Below, in pieces: positions 18,353 through 27,865 of a DNA stretch of 64,000 bases. Numbering within the stretch: position 1 is the stretch's first letter; every line of letters begins with the position of its first letter. Where the stretch lies: the NCBI GenBank assembly GCA_963755125.1, contig CAVWIP010000010.1, positions 384,001-448,000 on the forward strand, given 5' to 3'. This DNA is from an uncultured delta proteobacterium (lineage in GTDB: Bacteria; Myxococcota_A; Polyangia; Fen-1088). The notes below the pieces were generated by a model. The model was not told the origin of the DNA, ran no database searches, and worked only from the letters and a program-made list of their open reading frames with translations. The position numbers were made by a program, and so were the translations under genes.

Positions 18353-19702
18353 ATGTCGAAAGAAAGCATCGTGATCCTGGGAGGTGGGATGGCCGGAATG
18401 GCGGCCGCGTACGCCCTGGCCCGCAACGGCCGGAGCGTCACCGTGGTCGAGGCCGGTCCCCAGCTCGGCGGACTGGCGGGAAGCTTTCACCGCGACGGGC
18501 ACTCGTTCCCGCTGGGGTATCACCACATCCTATATCGTGACCGCCATCTGTTGTTCTTCCTGGATGTCATCGGAGCTCTGGAATCGGTTCGCTGGCGCCG
18601 CGTGCGCATGTTGTTCTGCACGGGCGGGCGTTGCTACGATCTGGCGTGTGTCTCCGACTTCTTACGGTTTCCCATGGGCCTGGCGGACAAGGCGCGTTTC
18701 GTCGGTCTGATGGTGCGCGCCTTCCGCAAGCGGAACTGGACCGACTGGAATGGCCGCAGCGCCCAGGATCTGGTGGACGGTTGGGCCACGGCAGGCGTGC
18801 GGCGCGCGCTGTTCGAGCCGCTCACACGCATCAAGTTCGGCCTTCCCTGTTGCGAAGTCAGCGGGGCATGGCTCGGGGCTCGCCTGCACCATCGCGAAGG
18901 CTCGGCCCCCCTGGGTTACATTCCGGGCACCAACTGGACCGAAGTGCTGTGCGCGGGACTGGCTGGCCGCCTGAGCAGCCTCGGTGTCCGTCTGGTCACC
19001 AGCGCCAGGGTCGCCGGGTTTCGCACGGGCGGCGGCGTGGTCAGCGAGGTGCAGACCGAGGCGGGTGACTGGATCGGGGGTGACGTCTTCGTCAGCACGA
19101 TTCCCACGGAGATCCTGATTGCGCTGCTGCCGGAAGAGGACTCGCCCGGCATCCGCGAGGTGGAATACACGGCCCTGTCCTCCGTGATCTGCGCCGCCCC
19201 CAAGCGACGCCTGCCAGACTTCTACTGGATGAATCTGCTGTCGCCCGATCGCACGGCCAGTGGATTGTTCATGCTCGACTCGCTCAACCCCACCATCGGC
19301 GAAAGGGGCGAGTCCTACGTGAACTTCGTCACCCACACCCGTTCGCGGACGATGCCCTTCTTCAGCCAGTTGCCCGAGGACGAACTCTGCGCCCTCACCC
19401 TGGCCGACTTCCGCGAAGTGTTCGGCGAAGACCTGAGTCCACGCTGGACCCAGGTCAATCGGTTGCCCATGTACTCGCCGGTGTTCTTGCGGGACTATCG
19501 CAATCCAGGCCTGCACAGCACCCGCTTCAGGAACCTGTACTTCGCCGGCAACTTCTGCACCTTCCCGTCGGTGGCGTCCACCGGCACGGCGCTTCACTCT
19601 GGGCTGGAAGCCGCGCGCCTCCTGTTGAACGGTGGCGCCAGGCAGGATGACATCGCCGAGGCCGCACAGCGATTCCGACCGCCCCCCATGCGCTTCGATT
19701 AG
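18353..19702 (+). CDS. FAD-dependent oxidoreductase (amine oxidase/HemY-like)
   Basis: GGGMAG dinucleotide motif, E..LGGLA, GYHHI, LYFAG. Confidence 0.88.
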   Translation: MSKESIVILGGGMAGMAAAYALARNGRSVTVVEAGPQLGGLAGSFHRDGHSFPLGYHHILYRDRHLLFFLDVIGALESVRWRRVRMLFCTGGRCYDLACVSDFLRFPMGLADKARFVGLMVRAFRKRNWTDWNGRSAQDLVDGWATAGVRRALFEPLTRIKFGLPCCEVSGAWLGARLHHREGSAPLGYIPGTNWTEVLCAGLAGRLSSLGVRLVTSARVAGFRTGGGVVSEVQTEAGDWIGGDVFVSTIPTEILIALLPEEDSPGIREVEYTALSSVICAAPKRRLPDFYWMNLLSPDRTASGLFMLDSLNPTIGERGESYVNFVTHTRSRTMPFFSQLPEDELCALTLADFREVFGEDLSPRWTQVNRLPMYSPVFLRDYRNPGLHSTRFRNLYFAGNFCTFPSVASTGTALHSGLEAARLLLNGGARQDDIAEAAQRFRPPPMRFD

Positions 19703-19971
19703 GGTGCTGCCGCCGCAACCCGAGCCCGGACAATGTTTGCCTGACCGCTTCTGGCGAAGTGATCCCAGCCAGAGCCATGCCCTCGACCTGACGGTTGACG
19801 AAAACTCGCAGCGCGTTTGGCGCGCCAAGGGCTTCCCGATCACCGCGACACGCGTCCTGCGCGATCGCGACCCGGTTCTGGCCGATGAGAGCGATCTCAT
19901 CCTGCGAGCCGTGGAGGTTCGCGATTTTACTCCGCCCGGCCGCTGATGATCGCGGGTATAAGGATCTCGTC

Positions 19972-21003
19972 ATGCCCCGGCGGCGGAAGCACGCCTTCAG
20001 CTACCACGCAGGTGTCACCCTGGATGGCACTCCGCTTACCTGCGATGCTGTGGGGTTTGCCACCGATCTGGTTTTTCTCTCGCACGCACAGGCGCTGGCG
20101 CCTGGGTCATCGTTCAGGCTATCGCCGCGCCGGGCGGGGCGACGCCAACTGCTGGCCACCGAGGGCACGCTGGTGTTGCTGGGCGCAGCGGGAGAACGCC
20201 TGCGCGCGCGCACCTTGCCGGCCGGCTTCGGACGGCCATTCAACCTGGGCGATCTGCGCCTTGCGCTGGTGCCTTCGGGGTACTTGCCGGGCGCGGCCTC
20301 CTTGCTCTGCGAGGCACGGGGCCGCCGACTGCTCTACGCCGGAACCATCTGCCGTGAGCGAGCCTTTGCCAGCTTGTGCCCCGCGCAGGTGCGGTCCGCA
20401 GACGCCGTGTGCCTCGACGCCACTTTCGGAGATCCGCGTTTCGTCTTTCCACCACGCGAGGAAGCCGAGGCGGCACTGCGGCACTTCGTCGAGGTGGCAT
20501 TGGCCACACGGCGCGCTCCGGTTTTGCTGGTGTCCCCGTTCGGCCCGGCGCCGGCAACCGCGGAAGCGCTACACGCCGCCGGCATCGCTGTGCGCGCGTA
20601 TGGCACCATCGTGAAGGTGCTGGCCCGCTTTCGTCAGGCGGGCGCTTCCTTGCCGCCACTTCGTCGCTTTGCGGGGAAGCTGGGCCCCAACGAGGTATTG
20701 CTCTGGCCACCGGAAGCGCGCGAGGCCCCGGCACTTGGCGCGCTTGACTCTCCGGTTTTTGCTTTCGTTTCTGGCTTCAGCGTCGAGCGCACGGCAGTCG
20801 ATTGCATGCGCGCTGATCAGGGCATTGCCCTGTCCAACCAGGCGGGATTCGCAGATCTGGTCGCGTATCTCGAAGCGACCGGGGCGCACGAAGTCGCGCT
20901 ACACCGGGGATTCGCGGAAACCTTCGCGGCGATCCTGCGCCAGCGCGGCTACGACGCATACGCCATCGACCCTCCGCGCCAGATGGAGCTGTTTCGAGGC
21001 TAA
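19972..21003 (+). CDS. Metallo-beta-lactamase/beta-CASP fold protein with degenerate metal ligands
   Basis: Motif order matches beta-CASP exonucleases (FLSHA, L.PSGYLPGAA, LLYAG, DATFG..RFVFP, LSNQA, HRGF), but most His/Asp ligands are replaced. Confidence 0.75.
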   Translation: MPRRRKHAFSYHAGVTLDGTPLTCDAVGFATDLVFLSHAQALAPGSSFRLSPRRAGRRQLLATEGTLVLLGAAGERLRARTLPAGFGRPFNLGDLRLALVPSGYLPGAASLLCEARGRRLLYAGTICRERAFASLCPAQVRSADAVCLDATFGDPRFVFPPREEAEAALRHFVEVALATRRAPVLLVSPFGPAPATAEALHAAGIAVRAYGTIVKVLARFRQAGASLPPLRRFAGKLGPNEVLLWPPEAREAPALGALDSPVFAFVSGFSVERTAVDCMRADQGIALSNQAGFADLVAYLEATGAHEVALHRGFAETFAAILRQRGYDAYAIDPPRQMELFRG

Positions 21004-21057
21004 CCTGCTTCGCTCCACGGTGGAAGTGCGCGTGATTCCGATCTAGAAAGAACCACC

Positions 21058-22263
21058 GTGTTGAACCTCGGCTTTCAGGAGATCCTCGTCATTCTTTTCG
21101 TAGCGTTGATCTTCCTCGGGCCCAACATGCTCCCAGAAATCGCCTCTGGGCTAGGCAAGGCCATCCGCGAGGTGCGCAAGGCAGCGGCGGACATCAAGAA
21201 CGAGATCGGGCTGGATGAGGCTATTCGCAAACCGCTGGCCGAGCTGCGCGAGGCAACCATGCTTCCGCCCGAGGAGCTGAAGCGCCGCGATGAGGAACAG
21301 GACGCCAAGCGGAAGGCCGAGCGTGAGGAGCGAGAACGCAAGGCGCGCGAGGAAGAGGAAAAGCAGCGGGCCGCACGCGAGGAGCAAAAGCGTCGCGACG
21401 ATGAACTGGCGGCCAAGAAGCGCGCCGAGAACGAGGAGCAGGAGCGCAAGTCACGCGAGGAAGCTGAGCGCAAGGCGCGCGAGGAGGCTGAAAGGCGGCG
21501 GATCGAGAGCGAGGAGCGAAAGCGTCGCGACGACGAGCGGGCCGCCAAAAAACGCGCCGAGAAAGAGGAGCAGGAGCGAAAGTCACGCGAGGAAGCCGAA
21601 AAACGGCGCGCCGAGAAAGAAGAACAAAAACGCCGCGACGATGAATTGGCCGCCAAAAAACGCGCCGAGAAAGAGGAGCAGGAGCGCAAGTCACGCGAGG
21701 AAGCCGAAAAACGGCGCGCCGAGAAAGAAGAACAAAAACGCCGCGACGATGAATTGGCCGCCAAAAAACGCGCCGAGAAAGAAGAGCAGGAGCGCAAGTC
21801 ACGCGAGGAGGCCGAAAAACGGCGCGCCGAGAAAGAAGAACAGAAGCGTCGCGACGATGAATTGCCAGCCAAAAAACGCGCCGAGAAAGAAGAGCAGGAG
21901 CGCAAGGCACGCGAGGAGGCCGAACACCGCGCGGCAGGCGAGGCCGCGGCACAGGCGGCTGGCGCTGCGGAGGTTCGTCCTGCGGCCGGCGGTCCTCTGG
22001 TTTCGGGCGTGACCATGGTCATGAACCCGCCGCCCGATGCCAATCGACCACCGCTGACACCCGAGCCGGAGCTTCTCACGTTGACGCCCGATCCGGTGAT
22101 GGTCGAGCCACCGCATGCTCCTGCCGGAGCGCGCCCGCCTCCCGTGCCAGCGGCATCACTGCGGTCTGCAACGGCCAACCATCTACCGCCACCGCGTTCC
22201 AGTCAGGCCGACGCGAAGTTGCCCGAGTCGGTCCCGCCGCCGTTGCCGCGGAAGAAAGGCTAG
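21058..22263 (+). CDS. tatB: Twin-arginine translocase TatB with long E/K/R repeat
   Basis: MLNLGFQEILVILFVALIFLGPNMLPEIASGLGKAIRE, directly upstream of tatC. Confidence 0.85.
   Translation: MLNLGFQEILVILFVALIFLGPNMLPEIASGLGKAIREVRKAAADIKNEIGLDEAIRKPLAELREATMLPPEELKRRDEEQDAKRKAEREERERKAREEEEKQRAAREEQKRRDDELAAKKRAENEEQERKSREEAERKAREEAERRRIESEERKRRDDERAAKKRAEKEEQERKSREEAEKRRAEKEEQKRRDDELAAKKRAEKEEQERKSREEAEKRRAEKEEQKRRDDELAAKKRAEKEEQERKSREEAEKRRAEKEEQKRRDDELPAKKRAEKEEQERKAREEAEHRAAGEAAAQAAGAAEVRPAAGGPLVSGVTMVMNPPPDANRPPLTPEPELLTLTPDPVMVEPPHAPAGARPPPVPAASLRSATANHLPPPRSSQADAKLPESVPPPLPRKKG
21379..21920 (+). repeat. Intragenic ~108-bp tandem repeat (36 aa EEQKRRDDELAAKKRAEKEEQERKSREEAEKRRAEK)
   Basis: RRDD anchors at 21391, 21523, 21631, 21739 and 21847; spacing is 108 bp for the last four. 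Confidence 0.95.
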
Positions 22264-22269
22264 CGGAGC

Positions 22270-23247
22270 ATGCCAGCACGAGAAGACGCCGGACAATCCG
22301 ACAAGACCATCGTTACGGAAGCGCCGACGGATATGCTGCCCGCCGCAGGGGAGCCTGCGCCCACCACCGCCCCGGAGCCTCCGGTGGCGCCCGCGGCCCC
22401 ACTTTCGTCGGAAGCCCGGCAGTCCAGTTCGGGCAGCAAGGAAGGGCTGGACGGCAAGCGCATGAGCCTGCTTGCCCATTTGGCCGAATTGCGCACACGC
22501 CTGCGCAACGCCGCCATCGCCTTTGTGTTGGCCATGATCGGCTCGTTCGTTCTCGTCGAGCGCTACTTCGATTGGCTGACGCGGCCCGTGCGCAAGGGCA
22601 TGAAGGACGCCGGCCACAATCTCAACTTCTATGCCAAGAGCCTGACCGAGCCCTTCTGGGTCTACATGAAGCTGGCCATCGTTGGAGGCCTCATCATCGC
22701 CGGACCATTTGTGTTCTGGGAGATCTGGAGGTTCGTGGCGCCGGGCCTGTACCGCAGGGAGAGGCGGCTCACCATTCTCATCACCGGGGCCACCGCTGCC
22801 TGTTTCGCCGGCGGCGCCGTGTTCGCCTACGCCTTCATGTGTGAGCCCGCCGCCTACTACCTGACCAGGATGCTCACCAGCTTCTCGGGTGATCTGCCCT
22901 TCCGGCTCGACCCCATGATCATGATGGATGAGGTCGCCAACTTCCAGATGATGACCCTGGCGGGTTGTGGCCTGGCCTTCGAACTTCCCGTCGTGTTGTC
23001 GATCCTTGGCTGGATGGGCCTGGTTTCCAGCCGTGGCATGCTCAAGTTCAACCGTTACGCCATCGTCTTGGCAGTGGTTCTGGGTGGGGTGCTCACGCCC
23101 AGCACTGATCCGTTCACCCAATGCCTGCTGGCTGCCCCGATCTTCGGCCTCTACAACATCTCAATCCTGGTGGTCTGGCTCATAGAACGAGCGCGGCGCC
23201 GGCGGGATGAGGCCCTGGATCGAGGCGCGTCCGTCGCCAGCGGCTAG
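22270..23247 (+). CDS. tatC: Twin-arginine translocase TatC
   Basis: MSLLAHLAELRTRL, WRFVAPGLY..E, FELP, TPSTDP. Confidence 0.96.
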   Translation: MPAREDAGQSDKTIVTEAPTDMLPAAGEPAPTTAPEPPVAPAAPLSSEARQSSSGSKEGLDGKRMSLLAHLAELRTRLRNAAIAFVLAMIGSFVLVERYFDWLTRPVRKGMKDAGHNLNFYAKSLTEPFWVYMKLAIVGGLIIAGPFVFWEIWRFVAPGLYRRERRLTILITGATAACFAGGAVFAYAFMCEPAAYYLTRMLTSFSGDLPFRLDPMIMMDEVANFQMMTLAGCGLAFELPVVLSILGWMGLVSSRGMLKFNRYAIVLAVVLGGVLTPSTDPFTQCLLAAPIFGLYNISILVVWLIERARRRRDEALDRGASVASG

Positions 23248-24512
23248 GTGACCTTGTACCAGCCCGCCATTGCGGCCACTGATGTGGCAGCCCACACCAG
23301 GGCGATGTTGCGCAACGAGCGGTCCCGCGACCGGCTGACCTGCGCGTCCAACTCGTCAAACTGGTGCAAGATCTCGTCGGTGCCTGGCTGGCGCGAAAGA
23401 ACTTCCTGCCGCACACGGAGTTCACGGGCGTCGGCGGAACCGGGGCCAAAAGCGTAGTAGGCCGCCGGAAGCAGGCCCAATAGTAGAGCCACGGCGAGGC
23501 CGATGAAGGCCCGCTTGGCCGGCTGATCGCGCAGATTGGCCACTTTCAGGCTCGCGGAAGCGTTGCGACTCTCGAAGCTCATGGCCACTTCGCGGGCGGT
23601 CGACATGCACTTGCGACAGCCCGAAGCCTTGGTCTTGTCATAGTACAGGCCGTGCTGCGCACACCGGACCAGATTCAGGTTTCTGGGATCTTCGTCCATG
23701 GCGACGCCCGAAGCTCCCGTGGCGCCGATGTCGCGCAGGCTCCCGGCAGACGGCGTGCCCCGAACCGGCATGACGTCGTCGGAAGGCCGCGTAGAATCGC
23801 CGCGCGCCAACTCGAGCTTGGGCCCTGACGCGGCGTCGGTGTGGAAGGCATCGGTACCGGGCACCGGGCTGTTGTACTGGCCGGCCGGCGGCGGCGTTCG
23901 CGCGCCACGCGGACGTGCGACTATCCCTCCAGGTGGTGGCGGTGCCAAGCGAGCGCCAGTGGCTGGCCGCGCCGCAAATGGATTTGAGGATGGGCGTGGT
24001 GTGAAGGGGTCGGATGCCGGGGACGAAGCAAATGGGGACGCACTAGATTGGGAGCCGGTGGCCCGGCCAGGTTGCAAGGGAGAAAAGGGACCACCATCCG
24101 CGGCGGGAGCAGGCGGCGCGACAAGAGGCGGCCCAAAGCCCGGCGCAGCGGCCGAGGGCACCGGCGGAGTCGAACCCGCTGCAGGAGATTGGGGCGCGGG
24201 CCCGACTGGCGGCATGGGCGCGGCCGGACCTCGCCCAGCGGGCGATGCTGGAGGCGATGGCGCCCGCGGCGGCCCGGCAGCAGGCCGGATGACCGTGACG
24301 GCCCCCATGACCTGAAGCTGATGCACCAGAGCCTGCGCCTGAGCCTGCTCCAGGCTTTGACCCGCGCGCAGGTTCTTGGCCGATATCGCCTTGGTCACCG
24401 TGGTCAGCGGGACACCATGCTTCGACGAAAGCGCAGAAGCCAGGCGTGTCTCTCCCGCCGGGCTGGGATCGGCCGAGCCCACCACGAACACGTCGAAGAG
24501 CTGACCGGCCAT
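23244..24512 (-). CDS. Pro-rich membrane protein with CxxH-CxxC motif
   Basis: Folded N-terminal ~80 aa, Pro-rich linker, RCAQHG..GCRKC, two C-terminal TM segments. Confidence 0.75.
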   Translation of the reverse strand: MAGQLFDVFVVGSADPSPAGETRLASALSSKHGVPLTTVTKAISAKNLRAGQSLEQAQAQALVHQLQVMGAVTVIRPAAGPPRAPSPPASPAGRGPAAPMPPVGPAPQSPAAGSTPPVPSAAAPGFGPPLVAPPAPAADGGPFSPLQPGRATGSQSSASPFASSPASDPFTPRPSSNPFAARPATGARLAPPPPGGIVARPRGARTPPPAGQYNSPVPGTDAFHTDAASGPKLELARGDSTRPSDDVMPVRGTPSAGSLRDIGATGASGVAMDEDPRNLNLVRCAQHGLYYDKTKASGCRKCMSTAREVAMSFESRNASASLKVANLRDQPAKRAFIGLAVALLLGLLPAAYYAFGPGSADARELRVRQEVLSRQPGTDEILHQFDELDAQVSRSRDRSLRNIALVWAATSVAAMAGWYKVT

Positions 24513-24836
24513 GCCCCTAGTATATCGGCCCTTCCAGGGCTGCCAAGCTGCGTAGATGAATCCCAGCGAAAAAAATTTGACGGCGCGAGCGAGATCTCCA
24601 GGATGGGAATATGGCAGTGGTAGCCGTCCGCTCCTCGTCCTCAGAAACCGACTCCCTGGCTTCTCCGAGCGTGCTGACTACGTTGTTGCGGCGCGCCTCG
24701 TTGGCCCCGGGCCTGGAGACACGTCGAGCTCGACCGGTCCGGCGCCTGCAAGACCTGCCTCCCGGCGACGCCATACCGGTGCGAAGTAGCATCGTCTTGC
24801 GCAGCGGAGCAGCGTGCTTGCGCTAGATCAGCTTCC

Positions 24837-26378
24837 TTACTGAAACGGGCCGAACGAGCGATCGCGCCGCTTGAGAAAACCATAGCTGGTGGGTCGCGCT
24901 CCCGGGATCACGGCATTCACCCACTGGTAGCCCGTCGGAATCCAGGCATGTTCCTCCGCGCAAGGACTCGGCAGACAGTACTTGTGTGTGATGAGGGTGG
25001 GATTGCGCGACAGCATGTACTGGTCACTGCCCCACTTCTGGTGGCCCGGGCGGTCCGAGGCATTCATGTGCGGGTCATGGGCAATGTGCGCATCGACCAG
25101 ACCGAAGACGTCGTAGGCAGGGATACCCGAGTAGTACGGGATGACGCCCGCGCCCCCCACGGTCATCAGGTCGTCTGGACGCGCGTTCTTGCCGAACCAC
25201 TGTCCGATGGGAATGCGATCCTCGGCGTACTTCTTCAGGTAGCCGGGGGTGTCGATCCCGTTGTCCGCACCGATGAAAGTGGCAGCTACCCGACTCACGC
25301 GCAAGCTGCCCGCCCCGAAAGCGGCCGCCAGCACCGCGCCGGCCAGCGCCAGGACCGGCCAGCCCACGACGGGCCGCAGGCGTTGGGCCAGGCGGCGCAT
25401 CGACTCCTGCGCGACCACGGCACCGAGAGGCAGCACCGGCAAGATGAAGCGATAGAGGCCCATGAAATCGCCGCCCACTTTGACCACGTAGGCGGCGAAC
25501 GCCAGCCATAGCAGACCGGTCAGGCGCCAGAGATCCCGCCGCGGCTGATCGGTTGCGGCTGGCCTGCCAAGCAGTGCCAGCAGGAAGAAGAAAGGCACGC
25601 CGTAGTCCTCGGCGAAACGACGCAGGTAGTATCCGCCCCGCATGAGGGTGCCGGAACCGCCGGAGGACTTCACGTAGAACGTGTTGGGGAAGAACCAGCC
25701 GTAGTAGCGCCAGCGCCAGATGAAATAGGGCACGAACATCGCTGCGAAGAGCACGAGCCACGCCCATTCGGCACGGCGCGGACGGAAGCGGCGCTCGCGA
25801 CCAACCGCGATGAGCAGGCGAAAAAAACCACCAAGAGCAAGGAAAAGCAGCCCTTCGGGCCGAGTCATGGCGGCCATGGCAAACGCCGCGGCGCTGGCAC
25901 AACCGCGCTGCGAGGAGATCTCGGCCAGCAATAAGTCGAATCCGAGCAAAGACAGGAAGGTGAAGAGCTGCGTCTCCAGCCCACCCGTGCACCAGCAAGC
26001 AAAGGCGCCCATCGAGGCGAGCAAGGCGGGCGCCACCAGGTGCCAGGCCGACGGGCGCTGACCCGACAGGCGCAGGGACATGCGCACCACCAGGGCCAGG
26101 GTGCCGACGCCAAACCCCACGCCAAAGAAACGCGAGGTCGCCACCGGGCCCAGGCCCAGCTTGATTCCCGCGGCCAGCAGCACAGTCCACAGGAAGTTGG
26201 TGAAACCTTCCACCCGCTCGCCCAGGTTGAACACCAGTTGGCCATGCTCGGCCAGATTGGCGGCATAGCGAAAGGAGATATAAGCGTCGTCGGTTACGAA
26301 GTCGAAGAGCCGCGCGTGCGGGAGCAGCACCGCCGTTGCGGCCAGCACGGGCCAGTAGCGTCGGAGGACGACGTGCAT
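24837..26378 (-). CDS. Multi-TM GT-C-like glycosyltransferase (AftB-like DDAYI family)
   Basis: DDAYISFRYA.NL..G..VFN.GERVEGFT, GLET, RPEG, PNTFYVK, GGDFM, D..GL.D. Confidence 0.82.
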   Translation of the reverse strand: MHVVLRRYWPVLAATAVLLPHARLFDFVTDDAYISFRYAANLAEHGQLVFNLGERVEGFTNFLWTVLLAAGIKLGLGPVATSRFFGVGFGVGTLALVVRMSLRLSGQRPSAWHLVAPALLASMGAFACWCTGGLETQLFTFLSLLGFDLLLAEISSQRGCASAAAFAMAAMTRPEGLLFLALGGFFRLLIAVGRERRFRPRRAEWAWLVLFAAMFVPYFIWRWRYYGWFFPNTFYVKSSGGSGTLMRGGYYLRRFAEDYGVPFFFLLALLGRPAATDQPRRDLWRLTGLLWLAFAAYVVKVGGDFMGLYRFILPVLPLGAVVAQESMRRLAQRLRPVVGWPVLALAGAVLAAAFGAGSLRVSRVAATFIGADNGIDTPGYLKKYAEDRIPIGQWFGKNARPDDLMTVGGAGVIPYYSGIPAYDVFGLVDAHIAHDPHMNASDRPGHQKWGSDQYMLSRNPTLITHKYCLPSPCAEEHAWIPTGYQWVNAVIPGARPTSYGFLKRRDRSFGPFQ

Positions 26379-26412
26379 TGGGCTGGCAGGTTCTTCGTCG
26401 AGTGACGTCGCG

Positions 26413-26766
26413 CTAGCCAAACGTGCCGCCGTTCCAACCCCACATGGCGCCGTCGGCGTTGGTGAACTCGATGTAGATGCGCCTTTCGGGAACACCAAGC
26501 CCAGTGGCCAGCTCCTGGCACAGAATCTTGGAAAGGTTCTCCACCTGATCGGGCGACAAGGTACCCACGTTTTTCAGCTCGGCGTAGCAGGCGGGCGCGC
26601 TGCTACCAGCAAAGCTCATTTCCGCGCGGGCGGCCAAGCCGATCATGACGTAGCTCTCGGGTTTTCCAAGGACGCGCGCCACCAGCGCAGACAGACTCTT
26701 CAGCAGTTGCGCGCGCTTGTGTTCGTCCGCGGAATGGGCCGATGTGAAGACATGGAGCAAGGGCAT
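26413..26766 (-). CDS. MIF/phenylpyruvate tautomerase family protein
   Basis: Catalytic Pro after Met1, GKPESYVM, RIYIEF, WGWNGGTF. Confidence 0.92.
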   Translation of the reverse strand: MPLLHVFTSAHSADEHKRAQLLKSLSALVARVLGKPESYVMIGLAARAEMSFAGSSAPACYAELKNVGTLSPDQVENLSKILCQELATGLGVPERRIYIEFTNADGAMWGWNGGTFG

Positions 26767-26806
26767 GGACCCATCCTAGTCCAATCCGAGCTGCGCTCAA
26801 GCCACG

Positions 26807-27118
26807 CTACCCGACCGCGGCCAAGGCGGCCTGCAACTGGTCGCGGGCGTGCGCTTGCCCCTTGCGCTCGCACTGCTCGATTCCCTGGCGCAAGAGATCT
26901 CTGGCCTCTTGATTCCTGAGCAAGCCAATCAAGGTGTCGGCTGCTGGCGCATAGGCCGCGATGTAGTCCGGGTGGCCGTCAAGCAGCGCCTCGAAGATCT
27001 GCCACGCCTCATGCAACTGGCCCTGCGTCCGCAATTCCATGGCCAAGCCGTAGTGCGCGAAGGGATCAGCCGCCCCCTGCGCCACCAGCGAGCGCAACAT
27101 CTCCAGGCGTGCAGGCAT
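26807..27118 (-). CDS. Small TPR protein
   Basis: DPFAHYGLAME..HPDYIAAY TPR pattern. Confidence 0.8.
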   Translation of the reverse strand: MPARLEMLRSLVAQGAADPFAHYGLAMELRTQGQLHEAWQIFEALLDGHPDYIAAYAPAADTLIGLLRNQEARDLLRQGIEQCERKGQAHARDQLQAALAAVG

Positions 27119-27122
27119 CACG

Positions 27123-27524
27123 TCAGGACAGCGACGGCCGCGCGGGACCAGGAACTTCCTCGTCCAGGTCACAGCCGACGATGCGGTTGCGGCTGTCCAC
27201 CCGGACCACTGTGGGCCTCCAGCTCCGGGCCTCAGTCTCGTCGACAGCCTCGGCGAAGGTGGCGATGATCACCGTATCGCCAGGATGGGCGTGGCGGGCA
27301 GCGGCCCCGTTGACGCAGACCACACCGGAAGCGGCCTTGCCGGGCAAGGCATAGGTTTCGATCCGGCTGCCATTGGTCACGTTCCAGATGCGAACCTGCT
27401 CATAGGGCAGGATGTTCGCCGCTTGCATCAAGGTCTCGTCGATCGTGACCGACCCTTCGTACGCCAAGTCCGCATGGGTGACAGTCACCCGGTGCAGCTT
27501 GGATTTGAACATCGTTCGCTTCAT
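27123..27524 (-). CDS. panD: Aspartate 1-decarboxylase
   Basis: KSKLHR, YEGS cleavage site, [13 protein letters not shown]. Confidence 0.97.
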   Translation of the reverse strand: MKRTMFKSKLHRVTVTHADLAYEGSVTIDETLMQAANILPYEQVRIWNVTNGSRIETYALPGKAASGVVCVNGAAARHAHPGDTVIIATFAEAVDETEARSWRPTVVRVDSRNRIVGCDLDEEVPGPARPSLS

Positions 27525-27634
27525 CGAGCACTCCGTCCCGGCCGGTTTCCCGGTCCAGGCAGTTTTCTTAATCCTGGACCAAAGTGACGCGGAGTCAACA
27601 CCTGCGCCAAGAATCTAGCCGCGACGAGCCAGTT

Positions 27635-27783
27635 GCAACAGTCGCGTGAGGAGCCCGCCGGCTTTGCCCCCTTTGGGGACTTCGGGACGGCCCGCCACCC
27701 TGCCCACCCCGCACGCTTCGCGCGCGCCCTCGCCGGCGGCGCACCATCGCGGGAGGGTTTGGGAACCCTTTGAGGGTTCCCAT
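27635..27783 (-). repeat. Dispersed hairpin-rich intergenic repeat, copy 2
   Basis: Reverse complement aligns with 111-314. Begins with the hairpin GGGAACCC-TCAAA-GGGTTCCC. Confidence 0.9.
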
Positions 27784-27865
27784 CTTAGAAGTCTTGACCG
27801 TCAGCAAGCCTTGCCCCAATGTCGAAGGCATGAGACGTCAAGCTGAAAAGGTTGAGTGAAGGCCA

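Noticed and set aside
21379..21920. 108-bp repeats as CRISPR or a mobile element
   Set aside because: In-frame coding tandem repeat without unique spacers or terminal repeats.
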